Source of the DNA: Octopus sinensis
Lineage: Eukaryota
NCBI RefSeq assembly: GCF_006345805.1
Contig: NC_043020.1
Location: 9,982,001-10,046,000 of the forward strand
Direction of reading: 5' to 3'
Length of the DNA: 64,000 bases
A program made the position numbers and the translations under genes. This document shows positions 37,969 through 50,757 of the stretch, piece after piece. The notes beneath the pieces were generated by a model. It had not been told where the DNA came from. It searched no databases and saw nothing but the letters and a program-made list of their open reading frames with translations. Each line of letters starts with the position of its first letter. Positions within the stretch are counted from its first letter, which is position 1.

Positions 37969-39082
37969 TTGTGTGTCTGTGTTTGTCCCCCTAGCATTGC
38001 CTGACAACCGATGCTGGTGTGTTTACGTCCCCGTCACTTAGCGGTTCGGCAAAAGAGACCGATAGAATAAGTACTGGGCTTACAAAGAATAAGTTCTGGG
38101 GTCGATTTGCTCGACTAAAGGCGGTGCTCCAGCATGGCCGCAGTCAAATGACTGAAACAAGTAAAAAGAGTAAAAAGAGTATAGAATTTTTTCAATAAAG
38201 CCAAGAGAAAAAGATGTTTTATAAACACATTCTACCGGTATATGAAGTTTAAAATTTTTTAGTTACCTAGAAATTATGTTAAAAGCTGCTGTTCAAACCG
38301 AAAAGATCCTCAATCTATTTTAGATTTAGGGTTAGTTAGGGTTAGGGTTAGGGGTGGGGGAAGGGTATCTTTTTTTCTTCTGAAATGTAAATAAACCCAA
38401 TCTGTTTCTTAAACGAGGGAATATTCATATGGCACAGAATGCTTTCATCTCAATGGACGGTCAGTGATTGGTTAAAATTGCTGAAATGCAAGAAATTCTA
38501 GACGAAATATCTTACAAACTATAGAATTTTCTCAATAAAGCCAAGAAAAAATGATGTTTTATAAACACATTCTACCAGTATACGAAGTTTAAAATTTTTT
38601 AGTTACCTAGAAATTATGTTACAAAGTGCCGTTCAAAAGGAAAAGATCCTAGATTGAAATGCAATAGATCGATACTAGGGCCATAATTATGGGTAACAAT
38701 TTCATACGACACCGTTAGAAAAAAAATCCCATTTTCCCCAGGTGGATCACCCTCTACACACCATTTCTTATCTTCCTGTCGAACTATTACCTTGACTTTC
38801 ATTATTTAGAATGTAAATCAATAATCTTAATTTAACGTACATTCATATATTTGTTTAACCTCATTCGCTATTGTTATAATATATAACGTGGTTTGCTAGT
38901 CGTATTTCGTATTTATTATTAACACACCTACAAACATCTTTTACTTCTGCTTCAATTATTAACAGTTTTTTCGTCATCTGATTTTTCCTTTAACATTTTC
39001 ATACTAATTTGGTTTACAGCCGACTTCACAAATTCAGTAATTTTTCTACTTCTAGAGAGAGTCATTCTCTTTTAGTGCCTTA

Positions 39083-40022
39083 CTAGCAGCATAGCCCGGC
39101 GTTGCCCGGGTATGTAAGAGCCCCTAGTAGGCAACGACTAATCCCAATCTAGTCCTTTCCCTCTAGGGAACAAAGGCGCATGTGTAGGTTGCAATGTCTT
39201 CTCTTCACTCGAATACTTCTGTGTATACGATGTTCCTAGCTGTCCCTTTGGGCGAAAACATGAAAACATCATTGCGCCTCTCAACGCGTGAACAGCCCAC
39301 GTAGAGTTGACCGTGGGCGAAGCACTGTTCGCCCAACTGTAACCCAACTGTAGCATTTGGCCTTGGGATTTATTGATGGACATTGCGAAGCAGAGTTTAA
39401 CAGGAAACTGAGAACGCCTGAAGTGGATTGGTAGGTCAGCGCCTGACGGTTGAAGGTGCATGTGTGGAATGAAGACGTCCTCTCCCTTCCCACGACCGGT
39501 AAGTATTGTGGCCGTTATTAAATGTGGTGGCAAATGTTTCACAACCAGATGTGTGCCGTTGCACTGTTTAGGTGGAACCAAATTCCTGATGAGCATAATG
39601 GGCGCACCGACTTTTAACTTCAGGATGTGTGGCGGCAGGCCTGGCGGTTCAAGTGAATTCAGGAATTCAACAGGATAATCGGCAAGCTCGGCGGGGTCTG
39701 CTGTCCTATCAATAGATTTGTAGACGTGGACATCACCAGGAATAGCTTCAAGTAGCTGGATATTGATGGAGTTGAGAGTTGAAAAGGTCGAGTTGCGGCT
39801 CCTAGACAGTCTGTGGTTTGTGTTTCTGATTCTCGACCCCATGTCGAATTTATCGATTTTTTTCAGAACTGGGGGAACTTTTCAAAATTTTCGCTGCGTT
39901 AGTTTTGAATTATGACATTGGGCTATGTGTGTGTCAAGTTTCATCAGAATCGGTTGAAAGCTGTGGTCATGGTGAGGGTACAACCTGACAGACAGACAAA
40001 CTGCCGTTTATATAGAGAGAGA
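39083..40022 (-). mobile_element. Internally deleted Helitron carrying a PIF1-like helicase C-terminal fragment
   Basis: LNSLEPPGLPPHILKLKVGAPIMLIRNL..CNGT..QFPVKLCFAMSINKSQGQ (ORF 39138-39842); TC...hairpin-CTAG ends. Confidence 0.92.
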
Positions 40023-40075
40023 TTATTTAACACACTCACTGGTAAAATTTCCACTTATTTCTTATTTTTTATTTT

Positions 40076-40112
40076 CTAAAATTTTCGTTGCGTCTTGTAA
40101 CCTTTTCAATAG
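40076..40112 (-). ncRNA. Minimal hammerhead-like motif, U3-A8 variant (left member of a head-to-head pair)
   Basis: cta UUGAAAA g gttac-aagac-gcaac GAAAA UUU uag. Confidence 0.55.
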
Positions 40113-40118
40113 TCAAGA

Positions 40119-40155
40119 CTATTGAAAAGGTGGCAAGACGCAACGAAAATTTTAG
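40119..40155 (+). ncRNA. Minimal hammerhead-like motif, U3-A8 variant (right member)
   Basis: cta UUGAAAA g gtggc-aagac-gcaac GAAAA UUU uag; stem I truncated at the palindrome centre. Confidence 0.55.
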
Positions 40156-42734
40156 AAAATAAAAAGACGAAATAAGTGGAAATTTTCCCGGTGAGTGTGT
40201 TAAATATTAAGGCACTAAAAGAGAATGGCTCTCCCTAGACACAACAGAATATGCTTCAACACACGAACTCATATAAAGAATCTTGCAAACCAAATCCAAA
40301 AACGAAATCTTCTAGAGTTTCACCAATTAACTATAATAACCTCAAAATCTTACAATATGAGGGTGTGCTGAAAAGTTCCTGGTTTGGGGTCAAAGATAAT
40401 ACAGGAGGATCAATTAATCATGATTTTATTCAACATATAGGCGCAGGAGTGGCTGTGTGGTAAGTAGCTTGCTAACCAACCACATGGTTCCGGGTTCAGT
40501 CCCACTGCGTGGCATCTTGGGCAAGTGTCTTCTGCTATAGCCCCGGGCCAACCAATGCCTTGTGAGTGGATTTGAAAGAAGCCTGTCGTATATATGTATA
40601 TATATATATGTGTGTGTGTGTCTGTGTTTGTCCCCCTAGCATTGCTTGACAACCGATGCTGGCGTGTTTACGTTCCCGTCACTTAGCGGTTCGGCAAAAG
40701 AGACCGATAGAATAAGTACTGGGCTTACAAAGAATAAGTCCCGGGGTCGATTTGCTCGACTAAAGGCGGTGCTCCAGCATGGCCGCAGTCAAATGACTGA
40801 AACAAGTAAAAGAGTAAAAGAGTAAAGAGTAATATTCCCAAAATCAAACCAAATCAAATCAGATATCAGAAAGCAGAACCAAAATTGAGGTCGATCAACA
40901 TCAGTGGAAATTGCAGCTGTGGTTAAGCAAACCATCTGATCGTGGTCGTTGTCAGTGACGCCCTCTCTGGCGTCCGTGCTGGTGGCACATAAAAGTACCA
41001 TCCGTTCGTGTCCGCTGCCAGCCTCGCTTGGCCCCCGTGCCGGTGGCACATAAAAGCACCATCCGTTCGTGTCCATTGCCAGCCTTGCCTGGCCCCCGTG
41101 CCGGTGGCTCGTAAAAGTACCATCCGTTCATGGCCGTTTGCCAGCTCTGTCTGGCACCTGTGCAGGTGGCACGTAAAAAGCACCCACTACACTCACGGCG
41201 TGGTTGGCGTTAGGAAGGGCATCCAGCCGTAGAAACACTGCCAGATCTGACTGGGCCTGATGAAGCCTTCCGGCTTCACAGACCCCAGTTGAACCGTCCA
41301 ACCCATGCTAGCATGGAAAACAGACACTGAATGATGATGATGATGATGATTCCCCTCTCAGATTCACTCACTTATTGCAGCGGTCCTTCAGTTTTTCTAA
41401 GCCCTGTAACTCAGAAGGTTGGGCCTCCAGCCAGGCTTTTCATGAGACCCTTAAAGCCGGGAACTTTTCAGTGCACCCTCGTATAACATTATCATCATCG
41501 TTTAATGTCCGCTTTTCATGCTAGCATGGGTTGGACGATTTTGACTGAGGGCTGGCATACCAGATGGCTGCACCAGGCTCCAGTCTTGATTCAGCAGAGT
41601 TTCTACAGCTGGATGCCCTTCCTAACATCAACCACTCCGAGAGTGTATTGGGTGCTTTTAAGTGCCAGTCAGGCGGTACTGGCAACGACCTCGCTCGAAT
41701 CCTTTTATACATGCCACCAGCACAGGTGCCAGAAGGCGATTTTGGTAATGATCACTCTTGAATGGTGCCCTTTTACATGCCCACTGGCACGGAAGCCAGT
41801 TGGCTGCTCTGGCAACAATCACGCTTGGATGGTGCTCTTGGCACCCTACTAGCACGGGCACAAGTGCCAGTAAGGCGACGCTGGTAATGATCACGCTTGA
41901 ATGGTGCCCTTTAAATGCCACTGGCACGGAAGCCAGTTGGCTGCTCTGGCAACGATCACGCTCGGATGGTGCTCTTGGCACCCTACTAGCACGGGCACAA
42001 GTGCCAGTAAGGCGACGCTGGTAATGATCACGCTCGAATGGTGCCCTTTAAATGCCACTGGCAGTGAAGTCGGTTAGCCACTGTCAATGATCACGGTCGT
42101 ATGGTGCTCTTTGCTCCCTGCTAGCACGGACGCCAGTCATCGAATTTGATTTCGCCTTTGCATATAAATTCAAGCAGGTATGGCTGTAGTTAAAAAGCTG
42201 AATTTGCAACCTCTTGGTTTCAGGTTCAGTCCCACTGTGCCGCATCTTGAGCAATTATCTTCTGCTGTTTCCATAGGTTAACCAAAGCCTTACCAGTGAA
42301 TTTGGTTGCCAGAAACTGTATTGAAGCCCATTGTGTATATGTGTGTTTGTGTCTGTCCTGCCTATCCACTTGGCAACCGGTGTTGATTTATTTACGTCTT
42401 CCTAACTTAGCAGTTCGACAAAAGAACCCACAGAATAAGTACCAGATTTCTTTTTAAAAATAAAAAAATAATGGGATTGATTTGCTCAACTAAAATCCCT
42501 TAAATGCGGGGCCCCTGCATTGCCGCAGTCCAATAATGACAAGTAAATGATATAAAACGCACGCGTTTTACCATAAGAAAATGATCTTTGTATTTACGGA
42601 GATGTACTTGTATAGCAAGTGACCTGATCTGAGATCGTGTGCCGGAACGAAAACAATTGCAGCATGGAAGGTGTTTGTAAGCCATTTAAGAAACACACAA
42701 AAGCCGTTAGTTTCACTTCAACATATAAATTTAA

Positions 42735-42785
42735 TTTGCCAAAATATTTTCGTCGCTTTGAGACCGCGACCTGTTCACCGACAAA
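42735..42785 (-). ncRNA. Type I hammerhead ribozyme, G3-C8 core variant
   Basis: tttgtcg GUGAACA g gtcgc-ggtctcaaa-gcgac GAAAA UA UUU uggcaaa: 7-bp stem I, 5-bp stem II, palindromic AAUAUU stem III. Confidence 0.7.
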
Positions 42786-44089
42786 ATTCCGTTGTGGTCT
42801 TTGTATTTATCAGCCAAAACCTTAACCTATAGAAATAACGTCTCTTGATTTAGAAATATCCAAATGTTAATTACTAATTACTTCCCTTCGCATTAAATTT
42901 TAAATAGTTTCACTCTTCAAACTTAAGTCATTAGATGAACTATACATTGATAATGTTTAACCTTATATGTGGAGGTGCAATGGCCCAGTGGTTAGGGCAG
43001 TGGACTCGCGGTCATAGGATCGCGGTTTCAATTCCCAGACCGGGCGTTGTGAGTGTTTATTGAGCAAAAACACCTAAAAGCTCCACGAGGCTCCGGCAGG
43101 GGATGGTGGTGATCCCTGCTGTACTCTTTCACCACAACTTTCTCTCACTCTTTCTTCCTGTTTCTGTTGTACCTGTATTTCAAGGGGCCAGCCTTGTTAC
43201 TCTCTGTGTCACACTGAATATCCCCGAGAACTACGTAAAGGGTGCAAGTGTCTGTGGAGTGCTCAGCCACTTACACGTTAATTTCACGAGCAGGCTGTTC
43301 CGTTGATTCGGATCAACCGGAACCCTCATCGCCGTAACCGACGGAGTGCTTCCATTAACCTTATATGGAATTTAATGGTCCTTCTTTTGAAATTCTTTCT
43401 CTTTCTTTAAAAGCAAGTCAAGAACTCATCTTTGTTTTGTTGGATTTTATTGAAATTTGGTGGCATTGGGTGTGACAGCATACCCCACCATACGCCGCTG
43501 ATACATCCATACACATGCACACACACACATATATAGGCCCTTCCACCACAGTAGTATTGATACCAGTGCTGGTGCCAACATGTAAAACACTGGTGATAGT
43601 GTTACATAAAAAGCACCCATTTACAGTCTGTTGGATTTGGAAGCACTCCATCGGTTACGACGACGAGGGTTCCGGTTGATCCGAATCAACGGAACAGCCT
43701 GCTCGTGAAATTAACGTGTAAGTGGCTGAGCACTCCACGGACACGTGTACCCTTAATGTAGTTCTCGGGGATATTCAGCGTGACACAGAGAGTGACAAGG
43801 CCGGCCCCTTGAAATACAGGTACAACAGAAACAGGAAGTAAGAGTGAGAGAAAGTTGTGGTGAAAGAGTACAGCAGGGATCACCACCACCCCCTGCTGGA
43901 GCCTCGTGGAGCTTTTTAGGTGTTTTCGCTCAATAAACACTCACAACGCCCGGTCTGGGAATCGAAACCGCGATCCTATGACCGTGAGTCCGCTGCCCTA
44001 ACCACTGGGCCATTGCGCCTCCTTACAGTCTGTAAAGTGGCTGGTGTTAGGAAGGACAACTACACACAACATAACCACCAAAGGTACTA

Positions 44090-44320
44090 ACATAGCTGAT
44101 ACTACCATTACTAATACAACAAACTCAACTGTTACCAACACTGACACTACTAATACTACTATTACTACAACTCGCACTACCACCTACCACCAGTGCCAAT
44201 CTCACCATCACAGCAATCAATACAATGACCACCACCACCACCACCACCACCACCGCCGCCACCACTACCATCATCACTACCAACACTGTTACTACCCTTA
44301 CTGTGATTACTAATGCTGTT

Positions 44321-44352
<32 letters not shown>

Positions 44353-44780
44353 CATTTCTACCACCATCACCATCACCACCACCATCACCACCACCTCCAC
44401 CACCACCACCATCACCACCATCTCCACCACTACCACCACCACCATCACCACCATCACCACCACCTCCACCACCACCACCACCATCACCACCACCACCACC
44501 GCCGCCACCACCATCATCACTACCAACACTGTTACTACCCTTACTGTGATTACTAATGCTGTTACCACCACCACCACCACCACCACAACAACAACAACAT
44601 TTCTACCACCATCACCACCACCTCTACCACCATCACCACCACCTCCACCACCACCACCACCTCCACCACCACCATCACCATCACCTCCACCATCACCACC
44701 ACCTCCACCACCACCACCAGCACCAGAATCAATATTCCACCACCATCCTATTTCCGTCACCACCGCCATCATCATTGTTC
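44090..44780. repeat. (ACC/AAC/CAT)-rich low-complexity tract with internal duplication
   Basis: accaccatcatcactaccaacactgttactacccttactgtgattactaatgctgttacc occurs twice. Confidence 0.85.
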
Positions 44781-45876
44781 CCTTTCATGTCCGATATATT
44801 GCTATGGGAACTGCATAGAATGAAATACACACACACACACACCTTTTCTATATTTTGCTTGTTTCAATCATTAGACTGTGGCCATGCTGGGGCACTTCCT
44901 AGAAGAATTTTTAGCTGAAAAAATTGACACCGGCCCTTTTTTTTTTTAAGCCTTGTACTTATTCTATCAATCTCTTTTGCTAAACCACTAAGTTATGGGG
45001 ACATAAACACACCAAAACTGGTTGTCAGGTGGTGATGGCAGACAAACAGTTCATCTTTGTCGACACCTGGGGTCTCCCTGAGGACATCGTCACACTTGCC
45101 TGCTACTAATCATCATCATCATCATCATCATCGTTTAGCATCCGCTTTCCATGCTAGCATGGGTTGGACGGTTCAACTGGGGTCTGGGAAGCCAGAAAGG
45201 CTGCACCAGGCTCCAGTCTGATCTGGCAATGTTTCTACGGCTGAATGCCCTTCCTAACGCCAACCACTCCGTGAGTGTAGTGGGTGCTTTTTACGTGCCA
45301 GACGAGGCTGGCAAACAGCCACAATCGGATGGTGCTTTTTACGTGCCACCAGCATGGGGGCCAGGCGAGGCTGGCAAATCTAAAGTGGAACATTCACTGA
45401 CCCTATTACTTGACTTGTTGAGGACAGTGAGCCCCTGACGACATTCTAAGTGCCAGGCGTCCAGTCTTGGCCTATCCTTTACCCAAAACTGCAGCTCCAT
45501 CAAGGAGACGAGCTGCTAAAAGGTGTGTCTCACAAACGGAGCCCACACACGTTCACCTTCTAAAAATCGCTACAGGTGGCACAACCTGAGTGTGTGTCTG
45601 TACATTAAAAGCCATGGTATGCCTAAGTCAAGGCAGCGAGCAGGCGGAAACGTTAGCACGCTGGGCGAAATGCTTAGCGGTATTTCGTCAGTGTTACGTT
45701 GTGAGTTCAAATTCTGCCAAGGTCGACTTTGCCTTTCATCCTTCTGGGGTCAATAAATTAAGTACCAGTTGCACACTGGGGTCGATGTAATCGACTTAAT
45801 ACCTATGTCTGTCCTTGTTAGTCCTCTCTATGTTTAGCCCCTTGTGGGTAATAAAGAAATAGGTATGCCTAAGTCA

Positions 45877-47037
45877 CCATGCAAAGGAAGTTGGTAGTAG
45901 ACCGACTGACCACCTGACCATTGGAACGCATCCCTTCCACAAGAAAATAAACAGGATAGGCTCCAATTTAATCAAGCAGTAACTGGGACATGGCATGACA
46001 GTCAAGCGATAAATAATGACAGAGGTGATGTAGGCATTCACCACTTCTGCCTGACCTTTCAGGGTCAACTTCCTCTCTGCCCATTTCTGGGTAAGAGAGA
46101 GGTCACCCTGTTTGTCACTTCTTCCCAGTTCTTATCCACCTGGAGGTCGGGACCAAACCAGACCCCAAGCAGTTTAATTGGTCTGTTAGTCAGTCCAGCA
46201 CCTAACAGCATCAATCTACTTTTCCACAAAGATGAAGAAGAATTAAAATTGGCAAGAAAAATTGTAAAAAGAGATGGGAGGATAGCTCTAAATCCTCCGT
46301 CTGATGTGATATGGGATAGAAAATATCACAAGATGCATGGTAACATACCATTGCATCAGAGTCGAGTCTTGACGGATGGAAAATGCTCCTGAGAGCCAAG
46401 TACAAAAATGCCTTGGGCATGTGTGGGATCAAAAGACCCACATCACCCAAGGAAAGAAGTTTGGAACTACTGAGGTGAGATTTGAGACGGAAGAAGATGC
46501 TGCCCTAACCACTAGGCCATTGCAATCCCATTGACTTGGCATTGATTTTAGCCCCTGCAACTGACACATATTCTTTTACTATGGAACCAACCATCTCCAC
46601 TTTGGAGGAATTCGACATCATTGGAGTAGGGCGATGTCCCCTCCTCCTCTTTCACTTAACCCCTTTTTTGTCACTGTGATCCATTGATCGTTCAGCTCCT
46701 CTTTCTCCATGTCATTGCAGTTGATGTTGGTTTGGGAGGAAGAGCATTCAGGAGAAACTTGCTTTTCCATGGCAACCAGGGGTAAACACCTTATTTGTCT
46801 TGGTTCAGGAGTGAGTGTGAGTGTGAGTGTGAGTGTGAGTGTGAGTGTGGGTGCAGGAGTAGGATTCTTGAGCACTTGTTTATGATTTTGCACTCGTGGT
46901 GTTTGCAATGTTGGCAGCAGTGGGAATTTATCTTTCCTTGTTTCGGGACAGAAAGCCTTTAATTGATTTACAAATCCAAATGTGTGGTATCTTAGCTTTC
47001 TGCTCTCCTCAAACACTGACAGGTGAGTACCTATTTC

Positions 47038-47085
<48 letters not shown>

Positions 47086-48109
47086 TATGTATTGGACGGA
47101 CCTCCGTTTACTGAATTTACTCACGAGGCATTGGTTTATATAGTAGAAAATACTTGACCAAGGCACCGCGCAATGGGACTGAACCTGAAACTGTATGGCT
47201 ACAAAGCAGTTGCTTAACCACATAGCCATGCCGACTTCTATCTTATATTAGCCAATTCTTATGTTTTATATATTTTATATCTTAATACTTAACTCGTATC
47301 TATTTCTTTGCTACCCACAAGGGGCTAAACACAGAGGGGACAAACAAGGACAGACAAACAGATTAAGTCGATTATATCGACTCCAGTGCGTAACTGGTAC
47401 TTATTTAATCGACCCCAAAAGGATGAATGGCAAAGTCGACCTCGGCGGAATTTGAACTCAGAACGTAGTGGCAGACGAAATACCGCTCAGTATTTCGCCC
47501 GACGTGCTAACGATTCTGCCAGCTCGCCGCCTTAACAGGTGAGTACCATCCAGGAGATCAATTAGATTGGGCAGCTGGTCGATATGTTCCTGCTTGCATT
47601 GGAAAGTCAGTTCCATACCTATACCTAACCAGTTTTGCTTAGGTAGTTTCTTGACCTCCAATAATGTGACTTCATCTTATTCAAAAACCTGCCAAGATAG
47701 CTGCTACTAAACAGGTAATGCATATTTCTGGTGGCCCATTCAGCATCCTAATCTTGGCAAGGCACTGGCCACAATAACTGGGGATTAAAAAAATTGTCAT
47801 TCCTCAAAGTGGTTGAGGAATTACATCCAGCATCTTCTTCCGTCCCAAATCTCACCTCAGTAGTTCCAAACTTCTTTCCTTGGGTGATGTGGGTCTTTTG
47901 ATCCCACACATGCCCAAGGCATTTTTGTACTTGGCTCTCAGGAGCATTTTCCATACGTCAAGACTTGACTCTGATGCAACGGTATGTTACCATGCATCTT
48001 GTGATATTTTCTATCTCATTTCACATCAGATGGAGGATTTAGAGCTATCCTCCCATCTCTTTTTACAATTTTTCTTGCCAATTTTAATTCTTCTTCATCT
48101 TTGTGGAAA
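45877..48109 (-). mobile_element. Rearranged Tx1/L1-like LINE remnant (ORF1-like 48109-46640, ORF2 fragment 46205-45877), interrupted by SINEs
   Basis: TLKGQAEVVNAYITSVIIYRL...LFIFLWKG resembles the Tx1 RT C-terminal region; insertion 47032-47534 bounded by TSD acaggtgagtacc. Confidence 0.6.
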
Positions 48110-48419
48110 CTTGCTATATTTCCCACCGCTGATGCAAAAGATGCAGAGGTGATATCTACATTTTTATGTTTCATTTCTTTCGTATTCTTGTTGTTGTTGT
48201 TGTTGCTGCTGTCTTCTTCTTCTTCTTCTCTTCTCTTCTTCTTCTTCTTCTATTCTTCTTCTTCTTCTTCTCTTCTTCTTCTTCTTCTTCTTCTTCTTCT
48301 TCTTCTTCTTCTTCTTCTTCTTCTTCTTCTTCTTCTTCCAATCGGGACTCATGCCATTAGCCACAAAGAATAATCTCTAATTCGAGCCTACTCTAAGCTA
48401 CAAAGAAAGCAAGCGGCAA

Positions 48420-49096
48420 CTCGGTAAATGGTGGCTTTTAATGGGTGGAGAACTGAACCATCCTGGGGTACAAAGGATTCGCAATCTAGACTAGGGTCTA
48501 AAAGTTTACCATACCATAGTGGGTTACACCATCGTTCCTCTGCTTTGTGGAAGAAGTAGGAAGAAAGAGTACAGTGGGGTTCACCTCTCCCTCTGCCGGA
48601 GCCTCGTGGGGCTTAGGTGTTTTTGCTCAATAAACACTCACAGTGCCTGGTCTGGGAATCGAAACCGCATTCTTACAACCACGAATCTGCTGCCTTAACC
48701 ACTGGGCCATTGCACCTCCACTGTTCCTGCTGTTGCTGTTGAGCGAACGGTTTTCATCCCAGAGCTCGCAAGATGGGAGAAGTCTGAAACGTGGTCCTTT
48801 GCTCTTCGTAAGACCCGCAGAAGAGAAAGCAGGTCAACCCCCGACACCAAAAGCATCGACGGATGGATGAATGCGCATCCAGGCTCAGCGGTTGCATAGG
48901 AAGTCGGGGACAAGAAACAGGGAGAAAGTTGGAGTGAAAGAGTACAGCAGGGATCACCACCATCCCCTGCCGGAGCCTCGTGGAGCTTTGGGTGTTTTCG
49001 CCCAATAAACACACACAACGCCCGGTCTGGGAATTGAAACCGCGATCCTCCGACCGCGAGTCCACTGCCCTAATCATTGGGCCATTGTGCCTCCAC
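48420..49096 (-). mobile_element. Two adjacent family C-headed SINEs with alternative 3' tails
   Basis: Heads ending near 48720 and 49096 match family C; 3' parts differ from each other and from canonical C. Confidence 0.75.
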
Positions 49097-49453
49097 TTGC
49101 TGATGCTGTTCTCGTTGTTGACACCAACATTTTTGATGTTACTTAGAGAGCCAACAAAGGAATGCGTTCCTTTGTCAAACATTATAATGGCTTTTTTATC
49201 AGCCATCTTTAAATAATTACAGACAATTGCAAAATATTTGTTTTTGCTGAAAGCAGTTAAAGTTAAAAAATTATTGAAGTGCACCCCTGCAAGACACAAA
49301 AATACTATCTGCACAGTCCAGACAATCTCAGAAATGTAATGGTAACAATAGAAAAGGAAAGTCAAGGCCTTAGAAGGCCGAAAAGATTACAAAGACTTTT
49401 TCAACTTATGGAGCGCCAAATTTCTGTGACTTCACAGTATAGCAGCCATAATA

Positions 49454-49484
<31 letters not shown>

Positions 49485-49587
49485 TTATGATGGTTTCTTT
49501 ATTAACCACTAAGGGTTCACAAATAATAATAATAGTAATAATAATAGCAACAACAACAACAACAACAACAATAACAATAACAATAAC

Positions 49588-49627
<40 letters not shown>

Positions 49628-50186
49628 GCCCTGATGTAGTATCAGGCAGTGGTGGCTCTCATGGCTTCTGATCTTAACTGACTGGAAGTGTTATCATGTA
49701 CATTGTTTTGTCTTGGTATAAAAGATGGGCTACAGCAAATATTCTGCTCAATACCACAGATTTGCTTGTCAGTTGTTTGACCTTAACCAGTTGAGCATGT
49801 CCCTTAGTGGCTGGCATTATGTGCATCTCTGACCACGAGCAGAAGTAGTAGGGGAGCATCATAGCCATGTGTTGAGAGGGATTCTTTGGGGTTTGAATAA
49901 TTCGCCTCTGGAAACATGGGCGTTTCATTCAACTTCCTTAAACAATCCCTTATTCAGGGACCTTTTGAGCGGGATGGGTTACTCGAGCAGAAGAAAATTC
50001 TAAGTGGGCCCCACCTGCAAAGGTCATGCGCTGTTTATCTTGATATGAGATCACCATGTCGCGCACATATGGTTGTGATGCATGTGCCTGGTGTACCCAT
50101 ATCAGACGGGTAGTCATGATGGGTATACTGGGCTTCGTATATTTTACCCCAGTGTCACTTTGATGGCATGCACTGCTCTCTCACTC

Positions 50187-50218
<32 letters not shown>

Positions 50219-50679
50219 GATGGGCTACAGAAAATATTCTGCTCAATACCACAGATTTGCTTGTCAGTTGTTTGACCTTAACCAGTTGAGTATGTCCCTT
50301 AGTGGCTGACGATATGTGCATCTCTGATCACGAGAAGAAGTAGTCGGGGAGCATCATGGCCATGTGTTGAGAGGAATTCTTTGGGGTTTGAATAGTTCAC
50401 CTCTGGAAACATGGGTGTTTCGTTCAACAACCTAAAGCAACCCTTATTCAGGGACCTTTTGAGCAGGATGGGCTACTCGACCTGAAGAAAATTCTAACTG
50501 GGCCCCACCTGCAAGGTCATGCGCTGTTTATCGTGATATGAGATCACCATGTTGCACACATATGGTTGTGATGCATGTGCTTAGTGTACCCTTATCAGAC
50601 GGGTAGTCATGACGGGTATACTGGGCTTCGTATATTTTACCCCAGTGTCACTTTGATGGCATGCACTGCTCTCTCACTC

Positions 50680-50757
<78 letters not shown>

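Noticed and set aside
29035-38355. TTAGGG runs as telomere or interstitial telomere
   Set aside because: Only 2-5 degenerate units, always internal to MITE copies.
38760-38805. ATG AAA GTC AAG|gtaata as first exon of the putative gene
   Set aside because: Phase fits, but four codons give no real evidence.
41255-41280. ctgatgaagccttccggctt as a hammerhead
   Set aside because: No GAAA follows the hairpin; it is a point-mutated version of ordinary family D sequence.
49627-49690. tgtagtatc resemblance to U2 snRNA at the family I 5' end
   Set aside because: The match is only about 9 nt and the surrounding sequence does not align.
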